DNA of 64,000 nt from Octopus sinensis (GCF_006345805.1 NC_043020.1:1178001-1242000); one strand, 5' to 3'; positions 1 to 13,162 are shown, counted from the first letter of the stretch. Notes: generated from the letters alone by a model not told the origin. Numbers and translations are program-made.

Positions 1-1652
1 CAACAAGTGCAACAGCAACAGAAACAGCTTTACAGTCGCAACAACATCTCTATGTAATATTCCAGAAAAATAAAAAGAAATTGGGGGGGTGGGATTTCTA
101 AATATGCTGAGAGTCTGGTGGTCGTCGTGGTAGGCAGTAAGATCTGTTTAAAGTATTTAGTAGGGTCATGGGGAAAGAGAGGCAGTACGAATGACGAGAA
201 ATGGAATAGCAAAGGACCACGTTTCGGACTTCTCCCATCTTGCGAGCTCTGGGACGAAGACCGTTCGCTCAACAGCAACAGCAGCAGCTACTGAGATTGC
301 GGCAGCGCAGATGGCGGCAGCGGACACAGTGGAAACAGTGAAGTGGTAACCGTAGCAACGGCGACAATGAGGACAGCGACGCGGCGTCAGTAGCAGCGCC
401 GATTAAATGGCATTTTTCAGAAATACGTTTTCGCTGGCGTAGATTACGAAATGCGGATGCTTCTGAAGATAATCCGATAAGAAAATACGATAGGTGTTAC
501 AATGATGGAGATTGGCGATTACAAAAGCCAAGGATGAAATAAATTCAAAACGCCTTCCCCATCGAAATATTATCTTTTTCCCTGACTTTTATCAACATAA
601 TTGTAAGCTACACTCTCGAAAACCTATCCCCGTAAAATATCACATAATGTATGTATTTTTCAGAATAATTAAACAAAGGCACGTACATATACAAATATAA
701 ACTTACATATACACACACTAACACATATACACACACTTACAGCCACGCACATATTCACATACACGCACACACACAGATACACTCATATATTGTTTAATAG
801 CGATTCGATTCGTCACCATGCGACTTAGTTTTATAGGTTCGTCCATCGAACCTATCTCATCAGGCACGGAGGAACCGAATGAAGGGAGTCCAACATGCCT
901 TCAAGATATTAGGTTCCTATTGCTCAGTACGGATCACACACACACACGTACACACATACAGACATACACACACACATACATACATACATACATACATACA
1001 TACACACATACATACATACATACATACATGGACATGTATGAAATATATTTATAAAGCAAGGTGGACAAAATAGTACTCGATTACCAAAGATTGAGTAAAA
1101 TACTGTGTTTAATTGAATAATGCAAAACTTCATAGAATGTTACTCAGAGTTTCACATAATTGAACATCAGAAAAAAGTGAACGTTTGGAGAAATAATATT
1201 GCTTATAAATATTTATAAATGCTGCAATGAAAATTATTTGAAATTCATCAAAATGACAATTAAAGATGGTTGGACAGGGGTTTATAACCATTCACAGCTA
1301 ATAACATAATTAATGGAATTTGTAGGATGATACGACTGACCGTTCACGAAAAACTATAAAAGCATTAGACGCGAGTGAAATAAAGTTGAATAAAAAAGAA
1401 TCTTTTCAAATTGCTCTTTTATTTAACTTTCAAAGAAAACATTTCAAAGCATTCTAGAATTAAAGAATTTAAGAATAATAAACGAAATATGTTATATATT
1501 AAACAAGATCGAATGAATGTAACAAATTTACAAATTGATACAAATGTATTTGTGTGACTAAAGAAAGGCGAAAATGTAATGCTAGACAGAGCGACGGGAG
1601 TTAAGCCTTGATATACGCCATTAGCTCCATTGATACAGTGACAGTTTGTATA

Positions 1653-1690
<38 letters not shown>

Positions 1691-1709
1691 GTATGTATGT
1701 ATATATATA

Positions 1710-2042
<333 letters not shown>

Positions 2043-2329
2043 TGCGTGGCTTAGTGGTTAGGGTGTCAGCATCATGATCGTATGATTGTGGTTTCGATTC
2101 CTAGACCGGGCGACGCTTTTTGTTCTTGAGCAAAACACTTCATTTCACGTTGCTCCAGTCCACTCAGCTGGCAAAAAGGAGTAACGCTGCGATGGACTGG
2201 CGTCCCGTCCAGCTGGCGAACACATACGCCATTGAAACCAGGAAACCGGGCCCATGAACCTGTCTAGGTTTTAAAAGGGCGCATTTATTTATTATTATTA
2301 TGTATATACATACATACATGCTTACATAC

Positions 2330-2369
2330 AGTTGGGTTAAACAGAAAGAATACAAAATCAGCGAGAGGA

Positions 2370-2403
<34 letters not shown>

Positions 2404-2638
2404 GTATTTTCGACACTGGTTTAAACTCCTACAATGGTAATAATAATAATGGAGATGTAGGTATTAGAAACAACAGTATTAACACATCTAATGTAGACAA
2501 TGTCGACGACTGTGACTCTGAAGTTTATACTAACACAGGGATTACTAGCACAATACCTGTGGACGCTGAGATGAATTTAAATGATACAATAGTTGAAAGA
2601 AGTATAAACATTAGCAGCAATAATAATAATAACGATTA

Positions 2639-2704
<66 letters not shown>

Positions 2705-3990
2705 CAGCAGTACTAGTAGTAGCAATGATAATAACAATGATAGGAATATCAATAATATTAACAGTGGTAGTGTTTCTGGGTGTAATTGTAGAGTTAAAAC
2801 CCACTGTCCGTTATTAGGTCGCTGTTTAATCCAAAATGTAATTTATAAATGTACAGTCGTGACTGAGGCTGGTAAATTTATATATATATATATATAGGAT
2901 GTTCGATAAATATGAAAAAAAACATATCAATAATCATTTTTCATCTAGTACGTCTTTATCTAGAAAGATTTGGGAACTAAAAGAAAGCGGGACTGGATTT
3001 AGCCTTAAATGGGATATAATACGGAGAGCGCAGCTTTATAGAGATAGTCTATATGGGTGTGAGCTGTGCTCTATGGAAACTTATGAGATTTTTAAATATA
3101 GGGACAAGATCAACCTGATTAATAATAGATTAGACCTAAGTGTATCATGCATGCATAGCATCACCCGTACATTTAAGTCGAAATTAACAATTATAGTTAC
3201 CATACTTGAACTTTGATGGTGGTAATTAATTTTGGTGTCGTATCGGTTGTAAACTTACCCTCCAGTATTAAATATAAAAAATCATGTGATATTATGTTAT
3301 ATGGTGAATTATATTGCATCACATATGTTATATGCTATGTATTGTGATATGTGGTGTGCTATATGTAAATACTATCCCATGATAACCCCTGCCTAGTTAG
3401 TCTGACTTCATCCTATTTCGGTGATTACACTATTTTCCTTTCTACGATGTTCTGCCCCACCGATCATATTATGTATACTTGTAGTGACTTTATATAAGTA
3501 AGTCTTCTTTGGACAAAACCATACATCCCCTAGAAACTACAAAATCATAATACAACAACACCACTAACATTACAATTTATAAAATCTCTTCGGTCTGAAT
3601 ACCTTTAGCTGCCCTCACTATTTCCATGCCTATAATCCCATCTTTTGGGTTACCTTTATCTTTTCCCTGCCTCTAATCTGAATCATTTTAATCCCTTATA
3701 TGTAGGTTATATATATTTCTTATCATTTTCTATAAATTCTTATTATAAATAAGGATTTGCAAACGGTCTCCCTTCATCGAAAACCGTGATTGCCGTACGC
3801 CGAAGACAGGCAAATACTTAGAAACTGTAGTCCGTGCGTATCACTTAGGTTGACGAGAGAGGAATGACCTCCCTTTTCAAATACCATAAGGGCACAGAAA
3901 GTGTGCCTAAAGCCAGCTGGAGACGATGATCTCCTGGGGCTACAAGCTACAGTAAAACCCACCCTTAGTGGTTAGCCATACTGAGATGGC
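2330..3990 (+). mobile_element. Penelope-like retroelement 3' remnant: Asn/Ser-rich linker, GIY-YIG endonuclease (frameshifted), 3' UTR and pseudo-LTR
   Basis: GCNCRVKTHCPLLGRCLIQNVIYKCTV..YIG and LSRKIWELK..LKWDII..CELCSMETYEI..N.R..CMH match the PLE GIY-YIG pattern; (TA)n expansion breaks the frame at about 2880-2897; the downstream segment recurs at 6800-7030. Confidence 0.8.
3794..3838 (+). ncRNA. Degenerate minimal type I hammerhead ribozyme motif (PLE-type)
   Basis: Stem I CGTACG/CGTGCG, core CCGAAGA (CUGANGA with one change), short stem II, GAAAC-TGTA-GTC. Confidence 0.55.
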
Positions 3991-5159
3991 TAGTATACTT
4001 TACGTTGTCTTATTTTGTTTCTTATTTTGATATCCTTACTTATTCACACCTTATCCTTTATAAATTGTTATCTTTTTTTCGTTCTTAAATTGATATTTTC
4101 AGTTACTTAGGACTATGCAAGATATTTATATCATATTCTTTCATATAAGCGTATAAATATTTGCGTGTATGTATACATGCATATATGCACATATATGTGT
4201 GTGTGTATCTGTATGCATTTTTACACTTTTCTGATTCCTGGTTTACAATTAATAGATAGCATGTATATATTTCCAGTAATTCCAAATGTAAATGCCTTGT
4301 ACAGTGCGTGTTTAATAAACTGTTACAAGCAGAGGCGTGATAGTGACTTCGAAGCTTCAGCCTCACAGCCTTCGACTAGCAAGCCAATACCTCAAAAGTG
4401 ACTGTCGTCTCCTCCAGTAAAGACTTTGTCTTTGCTGTTTTAGCACCGCGAATTTAGCAGCGCTGGCTTTACCTTATATGATAATAGACGTCTTAATGTT
4501 TCTGTTAATGTTGGCTTCCTTCTCCCTTTCTTTTTCTTTCTCCTCAATCTTTCTATATGTATGTGCAAGTTTCTACACGCATGCGCATGTGTGTTTACTG
4601 CCGGTGCCAAAATTTACTACCGCCAAAAGATGTTCAATGTTCTCTCAGCTATGCCAAGCCACCAACATCCACAGGTCACACCTAACAGACATTATTTCGT
4701 GATGAAGTGGGGGCTCGGAATCTATTTAGAACACTGTTTGCAACAGCTTAACAGATCAGATTTTTGTTTCAAAATGATTTGTCATGAAACAGAACTTGAT
4801 ACGAAGATCGTAACGAAAATAATGCAAATATGAGTCTAACGTTTTATTAAATAACATAGGTCGTTCAAGTTACATAAGTAGGTTGAATAATTCTTCCTCT
4901 GTTGTAACTTTTCCTGTTATTATTCCTAGCAGACAACTAATGGCTTCCAAAGCTCTTGACGAAGGAGAAGTGCATTAGATCATGACGAAGGAGAACTGCA
5001 GATCCTTTCAACCTTAGTTTCATGTCAGTCCGATGAATTAATGTCGAAACGACCGTTGCGCGAACGTTTTAAATAAAATAAAATTTGAGAATGCAACTGT
5101 ATCATATATTGAATAGACAAATAAGAGTAGTTCACATTCGACTGAAGCAAAGAGAATAT

Positions 5160-6270
5160 ATTATGTATGCCTGTATGTATGTATGTATGTATTTATGTAT
5201 GTATTTATGTACGTATGTATGTATGTATGTATGTACGTGTATCGTGTATGTATGTGTATGTACGTGTATGTATATGTATGTGTCTATATATATGTATGTA
5301 TATTGCATGTATATATGTATGTATGCCTGTATGTATGTATGTATGTGTGCATGTATATGTATGTATATTGTATGTTTATATGTATGTATGCCTTATGTAT
5401 GTATTTATGCCTGTGTGTATGTATGCCTATATATATGTTGTATGTATAAATGAATATATGGATGTATGTATGTCTGTATGTATGCCTGTATGTATGCTTA
5501 TATTTATACATGTATGTATGTATGTATGTATGTCTCTCTGTATGTATGTATGTCTATCTACATATGTATATATTTATGTATGTACGTATGTATGCATTGT
5601 GTATGTGTGTGTGAAACGTATTCTCTTTGAAAATATGGTTTAAGTAATCTCCTAACTCCCATTCACCTTCTCCTTCTCGCTATAAATATGCGTGTGTATA
5701 TGTGTGTATACATACATACAAAGATACATACATGCATACATGCACATATACATGCATGCATGCATACATACATATATACGCACATACATACACACATACA
5801 TACATACACACATATATGCATACATACACACATACATACATACATGCATACATATATACATATACACATACATACACACACATGCATACATACAGACATA
5901 CATACATGCAAACATGCATACATACATTCATACATACGAAGATACATACATGCATACATTCATACATACATACATACACATACATACATACATAATACAC
6001 ACATACATATACACATACACACATACATACATACATACATACATGCATACATACATACACACATACATACATGCATACATACATACATACATAGATACAT
6101 ACATACATGTATACATACATGCATACATTCATACATACATACATACACATACATACATACATAATACACACATACATATACACATACACACATACATACA
6201 TACATGCATACATGCATACATACATACACACATACATACATGCATACATACATACATACATACATACACA
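5160..6270. repeat. (TATG)n block followed by a complementary (TACA)n block
   Basis: Direct reading; accounts for the many MYVC/HTYI ORFs. Confidence 0.95.
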
Positions 6271-6807
6271 TGAGTGTGTATGGATGCATATATGAAATTA
6301 AATATCAAACTATTCTCTTTTATCTAAAAGTATTTTTAAGCAACGGGAAATCCTTTGTTAATGTTTGTCATGGTTGGACACACTTGTGTGTGTATGTGCG
6401 TGTGTGTGTGTGCTTGAGTGTGTGCAAATGTGTATGTGCTCTTGAATATGTATGTGAAATTTGAACATTTGAAATCCAATACATTTTCTTTGTTTCTTTT
6501 TTCTATCTTTGAGTATAATCTATGAAATTTAGTGAATCTTTGAAATTTAGTGAAAATATATTTCTTTCAAAATTTTCGATAACGAAATACAGTTTTATTT
6601 TGGCCAAAAATCCTCGCTACTCCATCCAATACAAAACCTCACCCTAAAGCTCAATGCAACCATCATTGTTCTCTTCACCTACAGCTACGTTTAACGTCTC
6701 TGCCTGCGACTCACTCCCTTATCGTTTATCGTTTCAGTCATCTCTATCAGCGTGACCGCAAAAAATGACACTTGTAAATAATTAAATGTCCATCAATATG
6801 GCTATTC

Positions 6808-7030
6808 TTTTTCATCGTAAACCGGTGATTACCGTGCGTTGAGAAGAGGCAAACACCTCGAAACTGCAGTCCGGTGCGTATCACTTAGGCTTACGAGAGA
6901 GGGATGACCTCCCTTTGCAAATACCATAAGGGCACAGATAGTGTGCCTAAAGTCAGCTGGAGACGATGATCTCCTGGAGCTAAAAGCTACAGTAACACCC
7001 ACCCTTAGTGGTTAGCCATATTATTGGCTA
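6808..7030 (+). mobile_element. Solo Penelope-like pseudo-LTR copy
   Basis: About 220 bp highly similar to 3770-3990, including the hammerhead-like motif. Confidence 0.7.
6833..6878 (+). ncRNA. Second degenerate hammerhead motif
   Basis: GAGG-caaaca-CCTC stem II, GAAAC-TGCA-GTC with a palindromic stem III; CUGANGA box decayed. Confidence 0.5.
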
Positions 7031-7137
7031 GTATACTTTACGTAGAAAGAATTATTATCACAATAATAATAATGATAATTACTATTATTATTATTATTAT
7101 TATTGTTGTTGTTATTATTATTATTGTTGTTGTTGTT

Positions 7138-7170
<33 letters not shown>

Positions 7171-7904
7171 GATGATGATGTTTTTGTTGTTGTTAGGCGG
7201 TGAGTCGGCAGAATCGTCAGGCAAAGCGCTTAACGGTATTTCGTCCGTCTTTTTAAGTTCTGAGTTCAAATCCCGTCGAAGGTCGACCTTTGCCTTTCAT
7301 CCTTCCGGGCTCGATAAAATAAGTACCAGTCAAACACTGGGGGTCGAAGTAATTGACTTAGCCTCTCCCTCGAAATTGCTGCCCTTATGTCATAATTTGA
7401 AATCATCATCAACATGAACAAAGGCGAGACGGTCATGATTGGAACGGATTTAGTTATAAGTAAGCGTTGCAATGGCCATGAAATTTAGTTACGGTATCAA
7501 ATGGTTAAAATAGTGTTGGTAGCGGAAAGTGTAGCATTGTAGTATGCTGTAGAAGGCGTATCCTTTGTTCTTTTCCCCTTCTCGTTTCAATCATCAGACT
7601 ACGGCCATGCTGTAGCATCCGTTTTTACGGGAGAGTCGAACAAATTGACCCCAATTGTAAAGTCTGGTAATCGGTGTCTTTTGTCGAACCCCAAATTGGT
7701 TATGTGGAAGTAAAACTAAACAACGCAAGTTGTCAAACGTTGTAGAGACAAACACATACACATATACACACAAACACAACCTCACATACATACATGCACA
7801 CAAATATACACACATACTTTCATGCATACATGAAAATGTTTATATCAATGTTCACTCGCATATTAACACATTATTGTATGGAATCAACAATTCTATAAAG
7901 TCTA

Positions 7905-8611
7905 AATTCTTCTTCTTCTTCTTCTTCTTCTTCTTCTTTGTAGTCTTCTTCTTCTTCTTCTTTGTCGTCTTCTTCTCCTTCTTCTTCTTCTTCTTCTTCT
8001 TCTTCTTCTTCTTTGTCGTCTTCTTCTTCTTCTTTGTCGTCTTCTTCTACTTCTTCTTCTTCTTCTCCTTTGTCGTCTTCTTCTTCTTCTTCTTCTTCTT
8101 CTTCTTTGTAGTCTTCTTCTTCTTCTTCTTCTTTGTCGTCTTCTGCTGCTTCTTCTTCTTCTTCTTCTTCTTCTTCTCTTCTTCTCTTCTTCTCTTCTTC
8201 TTTATCTTCTTCATTTTCATTTACTTTTTCTTCTCCCCTCCTACTTATTCTTATTCTCCTCCATCTCCCCTTTCTCCTCCTTCTTATCCTTATTCTCATC
8301 CTCATCCTTCTCCTTCTCCTCCCTTCGTTCTCCTCCCCGTATACCTCCTCCTCTTCCTCCTTTTCCTTCTTCTTTGTTTATCTTCTTTTTCTATTCTCCC
8401 CTCCTCTTTCTCATTCTTATTCTCCTCAACCCCTTTCCTCCTCCTTCTCCTTCTTTTTCTCCTTCTGCGTGTTGTAGCTCGTCCTTTGATATTGTCCTAC
8501 ATGTCTTAGGCCCTTGTGGCCAACAAAAGAAATTATTATTATTATCATTATTATTATTATTATTATTATTATCATCATCATCATCATCATCATCCATCAT
8601 TAGTATTACTA

Positions 8612-8642
<31 letters not shown>

Positions 8643-8794
8643 TATTATTATTATTATTATTATTATTATCATTATTATCATCATCATCATCATCATCATC
8701 GTCCATCATTAGTATTACTATTACTATTATTTTTATTATTATTATTATATATTATATTATTATCATTCATTTATTATTATTACTATTACTATTA

Positions 8795-8839
<45 letters not shown>

Positions 8840-8869
8840 CATCATTTATTATTATTACTATTACTATTA

Positions 8870-8923
<54 letters not shown>

Positions 8924-8956
8924 CATCATCATTTATTATTATTACTATTACTATTA

Positions 8957-9005
<49 letters not shown>
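7905..9005. repeat. (TTC)n/CT-rich tract (7905-8480) and (ATT/ATC)n tract (8530-9005)
   Basis: Direct reading. Confidence 0.95.
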
Positions 9006-9006
<1 letters not shown>

Positions 9007-9127
9007 TCGTTTGTTTTTCTCTGCTTCTCCGTCTGAACTTACAAACAATTTCTCAAGTCAGCTGCTACTTCCTGAATGCTCCAACCATTGTCACCAACAA
9101 TATCTTCCATTATCATGTATTTATTTA

Positions 9128-9163
<36 letters not shown>

Positions 9164-9450
9164 CATCATACTTTTATTAGTAGTATTATCAATATTATTA
9201 TCGCGCCCCATTTTATTTCTATATTTTTTCATCGTTCAACACTCTTACAATCAATGTTTTACAATAAAGCATTCATTGAAAGTACTTCCGGCTTCTTTTA
9301 TTTAAAAAAACGATGTCTCGACAATATCGTAGGGAACGAGAGAGGGGTGGGAATGGGTTTTCAGTGACTTTAGGACGGCAGCGGAGCAAGGGAATTGCAA
9401 ACAAAGAAACATATGACATCTCTTCCATACAAGGCCCTGCATATAAGAGG

Positions 9451-9458
9451 TATATAAA
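9451..9458 (+). promoter_or_regulatory. TATA box of gene A
   Basis: TATATAAA 66 nt upstream of the ATG at 9517 that starts a signal-peptide exon. Confidence 0.6.
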
Positions 9459-9516
9459 CCACCAAATCATAGGCAGAAGCGATCCAAAATTCAGGAAGAA
9501 CCGGATACCAGCAGAA

Positions 9517-9580
9517 ATGTCTTACAATTGGCTCATTTTGTCTCTGAGTCTTACAGTGTTTACTGTACAGATCTCTCAAG
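9517..9580 (+). CDS. Gene A coding exon 1: signal peptide MSYNWLILSLSLTVFTVQISQ(G)
   Basis: ATG, hydrophobic stretch, phase-1 donor G|GTATTC; joins in frame to exon 11662 to give SQG-YVTV, a plausible signal-peptidase site. Confidence 0.8.
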
Positions 9581-10289
9581 GTATTCTCTTTCTTTCCTTT
9601 TTTTTTTTCATTATTCACTGGTTTCAATCTTTGGATTGTGGCCATGATGGGGCATCACGTTGAAGTAGATAAGCGAACAAACCAAGCCCAGTACTTGTGG
9701 GGTTTTTTTGTTCTCTTAAGTCTAGTACCTATTCTATCGACCTCTTTTACCGAAACACTAAGTTACGGGGACGTGAATAAGCCAACACCGGTTGTCAAGC
9801 TGTGAGGGACGACAAACACAAACACATAAACACACACAAACACACACACATGTATGTACATATATATATATATGTATGTATATATGAATGTATGTATGTA
9901 TGTATGTATGAATGTATGTATGAATGTTTGTATGTGTATATGTATGTATGTATGTATGTATGTGTGTATGTATGTATGTATGCATGTATGTATGCATGTA
10001 TGTATGTGTGTATGTATGTATGTGTGTGTGTATGTGTGTATGTATGTATGTACGTATGCATGTATATGTTATATATACTTAAGCTATGTGTTTCCTAAAC
10101 GAACTTTTTAACCGCACAGTTATGTCTATAGCTATCATAATACGGATTAATTGATTTTTTCCTACGATGCGGTCGATATATTTCTACTTTTCTTTCTTTT
10201 TTTCCTATTGCACTTTTAGAAATTGCGTATTGGTTTGGTTTTCGGAAGGAATATTATTTGCTTGTAATTAAGCCCTGTGTAGCTGTTCT

Positions 10290-10700
10290 CAGCTGATATC
10301 CACCTAAGCTTCTGTAGTTAAAGTTTCGAAGTCGGATGTAGAGGGTTTGTTGGACGCAGTGTGAGACGACTGTTGTTATCGTTAGGCCTAACTCATTGTA
10401 AAGTCAATACCACCATGACTGATATCCAGACTACAGTGGAGAAAGCTAGCCACTGGATTTGGTTAAAAAGAGACGATGAGCGATGGCTAGAAGGATACTG
10501 AGCTGTATTTGATAACCAGTTGATCTAGCAAACGACCTCATATCAGGTGGAGGTGCGCATTGATGCCGTCCAGAGTTAGGTCCCGAAACGGCGCTCAATC
10601 TCTCCTGATGACCCCATACACTTGCTGGCTTCCGGCATGCGGAGTTTTTGACTGGTAGCACTTGCATGTGCAAGTTGTTTGTAAGACATCTATGTACAAT
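10290..10700 (+). mobile_element. 3' fragment of a HERO-like (RLE-bearing) non-LTR retrotransposon in gene A intron 1
   Basis: 10325-10501 translates FEVGCRGFVGRSVRRLLLSLGL...TTVEKASHWIWLKRDDERWLEGY*, matching the EVGCRGF...EKASxWxWxKR C-terminus; followed by a GC-rich UTR. Confidence 0.75.
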
Positions 10701-11220
10701 AAACCGATTACATTTCTACAAAACACAAAACTGTTAAACAATTTTCTTATACGATTCCTAATAATATTTAATCAAAAAAATGTAGTGGGAGACTTTAGAA
10801 TCGAATGGCTATGAGGTTCCCCATGTGTAAATTAGGAATCATAGGGCCCATTTGAAGATCTTAAATATAAATAAATACTTATCTTAGCGAGGTTTAGTCA
10901 TGAACTAAATAACTCGAATTATTAATTGAATTTAAATTATTGTTATTCGAATTGTACAGCCATGAAACAATCGTAGCGTTTTACTCTTTATCTTTTATTA
11001 AACTTTTAATACTTTTAAAATAATATAAATTAAATTAATTTTATGTATTGGCTTATGTTTTTCATTGTTTGATTTGCCTAATAGTGGTTTTATCTCTAAT
11101 TTAATATAATATAATATAATATGTTTATACTATAAAATTGGATTTAATCCTAAATCTGATTTTTCCCTGTAAGTTTGGATTTATTCCCTAATATTTTATT
11201 ATATATATATATATATACAT

Positions 11221-11628
11221 ACTCTTTTACTCTTTTACTTGTTTCAGTCATTTGACTGCGGCCATGCTGGAGCACCGCCTTTAGTCGAGCAAATCGACCC
11301 CGGGACTTATTCTTTGTAAGCCCAGTACTTATTCTATCGTTCTCTTTTGCCGAACCGCTAAGTTACGGGGACGTAAACACACCAGCATCGGTTGTCAAGC
11401 AATGCTAGGGGGACAAACACAGACACACAAACATATACACACACACTTATAAAGATATATATACGACAGGCTTCTTTCAGTTTCCGTCTACCAAATCCAC
11501 TCACAAGGCATTGATCGGTCCGGGGCTATAGCAGAAGGCACTTGCCCAAGATGCCACGCAGTGGGACTGAACCCGGAACCATGTGGTTGGTTAGCAAGCT
11601 ACTTACCACACAGCCACTCCTGCGCCTA
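11221..11628 (-). mobile_element. tRNA-derived SINE family S1 (CORE-like), full length, in gene A intron 1
   Basis: Head ggcgcaggagtggctgtgtggtaag, ccttgggcaagtg core, (GAGTAAAA)n tail. Other copies: about 9633-9850(-), 13702-13950(-), 31609-32017(+), 33048-33455(+), 33670-33826(+), 37838-38346(-), 48500-48912(+), 51370-51590(+), 53040-53400(+), 54605-54895(-), 54955-55345(+), 59300-59430(+), 60200-60368(-), 60540-60830(+). Confidence 0.9.
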
Positions 11629-11661
11629 TACATATACATATATAATGTTTCTTTTATCTAG

Positions 11662-11822
11662 GTTACGTCACAGTTGAAACAGTTAAAGAAAATGCCCAAA
11701 AATTCCTGAATGAAGCAATCGCTGGCGCAGATTCTGATAAACCAATTTTATTTGCTGAAGAACCTGTTGCTATCTTAGGCAACATATCGTCGGAAATCTT
11801 GAAGATGGAATTGGCACCAAAG
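11662..11822 (+). CDS. Gene A exon 2 (GYVTVETVKENAQKFLNEAIAGADSDKPILFAEEPVAILGNISSEILKMELAPK)
   Basis: Acceptor ttttatctag|, donor AAG|gtaagt, open frame, phase 1 to phase 0; aligns without gaps to gene B exon 2. Confidence 0.9.
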
Positions 11823-12256
11823 GTAAGTTAAAGTGTATATAACCAATTTTGTGGCTGTCAGAATTCATTTTTGACTCTTATTTTTAGCAATCGCTGGTGC
11901 TATTTCGCGTCCTTTTTGGTTTTTAATTGCTAGCAAGCCATTTATTCTATAATGTGTTAAATATATTTTAATATATTAATATATCATTGTAGTATCGTCT
12001 TCTTCTCTATATACATATATATGTCCAGATTTAGTGAATGGAGCAGGTAAAATTTCGATTACATATGTTTCGTAGCTGAACTTCAGAAGTTATGCTTACT
12101 CAACGAGGAATACTTAGTTAAAATTAAGGTTAAACTGTCGTATACGCCAAAAAACGATTATTGTTCCTGAAGGTTGTTTTTATGCCTTCTACGGACTGCT
12201 CGAAGCTTACTAACTTCCTACACTTGATTCTTGTTCTACTGTATATTTTGTTTTAG

Positions 12257-12427
12257 TTAATGATGTATGAATTTGACAAGAAAACCTATTACACCTACGG
12301 AAACATGGTACAGAGTCTCAGTACAGCATACTTCGCAGTTCGTGAGAGCAACCTTGGAGTGAAACGTGGAGATAAATTTATCAAGGATATTGATGACTGG
12401 GAGTTCTCAACACCCCCTACAGATATT
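12257..12427 (+). CDS. Gene A exon 3 (LMMYEFDKKTYY...GDKFIKDIDDWEFSTPPTDI)
   Basis: Acceptor ttttgttttag|, donor ATT|gtaagt, 171 nt, phase 0/0. Confidence 0.9.
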
Positions 12428-12556
12428 GTAAGTTTTCACTTGTTATTCCTTTTTTATATATCAGTTGGCCATGCTACGATCATGGTCAGGAACCGCCCTC
12501 TATGGGATTTACTCCAGCTAATATCTTTGCATTGATGCTTATTTTATTGAACTTTA

Positions 12557-12882
12557 ATGGCTCAGTGGTTAGAGCGTCGAGCTTACGATCGTGAGGTTCT
12601 GAGCTCGAATCCCGGACCGGGCTGCGTGTTGTGTTCTCGAGCAAGGCACTTTATTTCACGTTGCTCCAGTTCACTCAGCTGTAGAAATGAGTTGCGACGT
12701 CACTGGTGCCAAGCTGTATCGACCTTTGTCTTTCCCTTGGATAACACTGGTGGCGTGGAGAGGGGAGGCTGGTATGCATGGGCGACTGCTGGCCTTCCAT
12801 AAACAACCTTGCCCGGACTTGTGTCTAGGAGGGTAACTTTCTAGGTGCAATCCCATGGTCATTCATGACCGAAGGGGGTCTT
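12557..12882 (+). mobile_element. SINE head H1 plus tail T4 in gene A intron 3
   Basis: tRNA-like A/B boxes; the tail recurs alone at about 26215-26400. Confidence 0.8.
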
Positions 12883-12999
12883 AAAAATTTATTAAGTGGC
12901 TACATTTTTACCTTTTCGAGATGTCCCTCAACACACCAATTTACTTTAATATAGGCAAACACACACGAGCATAAGCATGCGTGCGCGCGTGTGTGTGCA

Positions 13000-13030
<31 letters not shown>

Positions 13031-13162
13031 GTGTGTGTGTATGTGTACGTTTGCGTGTGTTCATTCAATTTATCTATCCTATCACTTCCTTCATTCCCAC
13101 GTTTGTATCTTTAGTTTCGACAAATTGTTTATGTTATAATTTTAATGGTCTTTTTTTTTCAG

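Noticed and set aside
4950-5075. tgacgaaggag repeats and ccgatga...cgaaac motif
   Set aside because: Probably a decayed PLE end, but stems I and III cannot be formed; insufficient support.
5085-6464. Many long ORFs (MYVC.../HTYI...)
   Set aside because: Translations of (TATG)n/(TACA)n microsatellites; the same applies to poly-I/N/Y/D/F/L ORFs throughout the window.
9030-9115. Minus-strand exon-like frame MIMEDIVGDNGWSIQEVAADLRNC with a gtaagt donor
   Set aside because: No partner exons, flanked by microsatellites, no recognisable homology.
9313-9663. 116-aa single-exon ORF
   Set aside because: Only its internal Met69-Gln89 is gene A's signal exon; the rest is promoter, UTR and intron.
12557-12630. 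tRNA-like sequences at SINE heads (also 44835, 51958, 41208)
   Set aside because: A/B boxes continue into SINE bodies with TSDs, and there is no complete acceptor stem; not tRNA genes.
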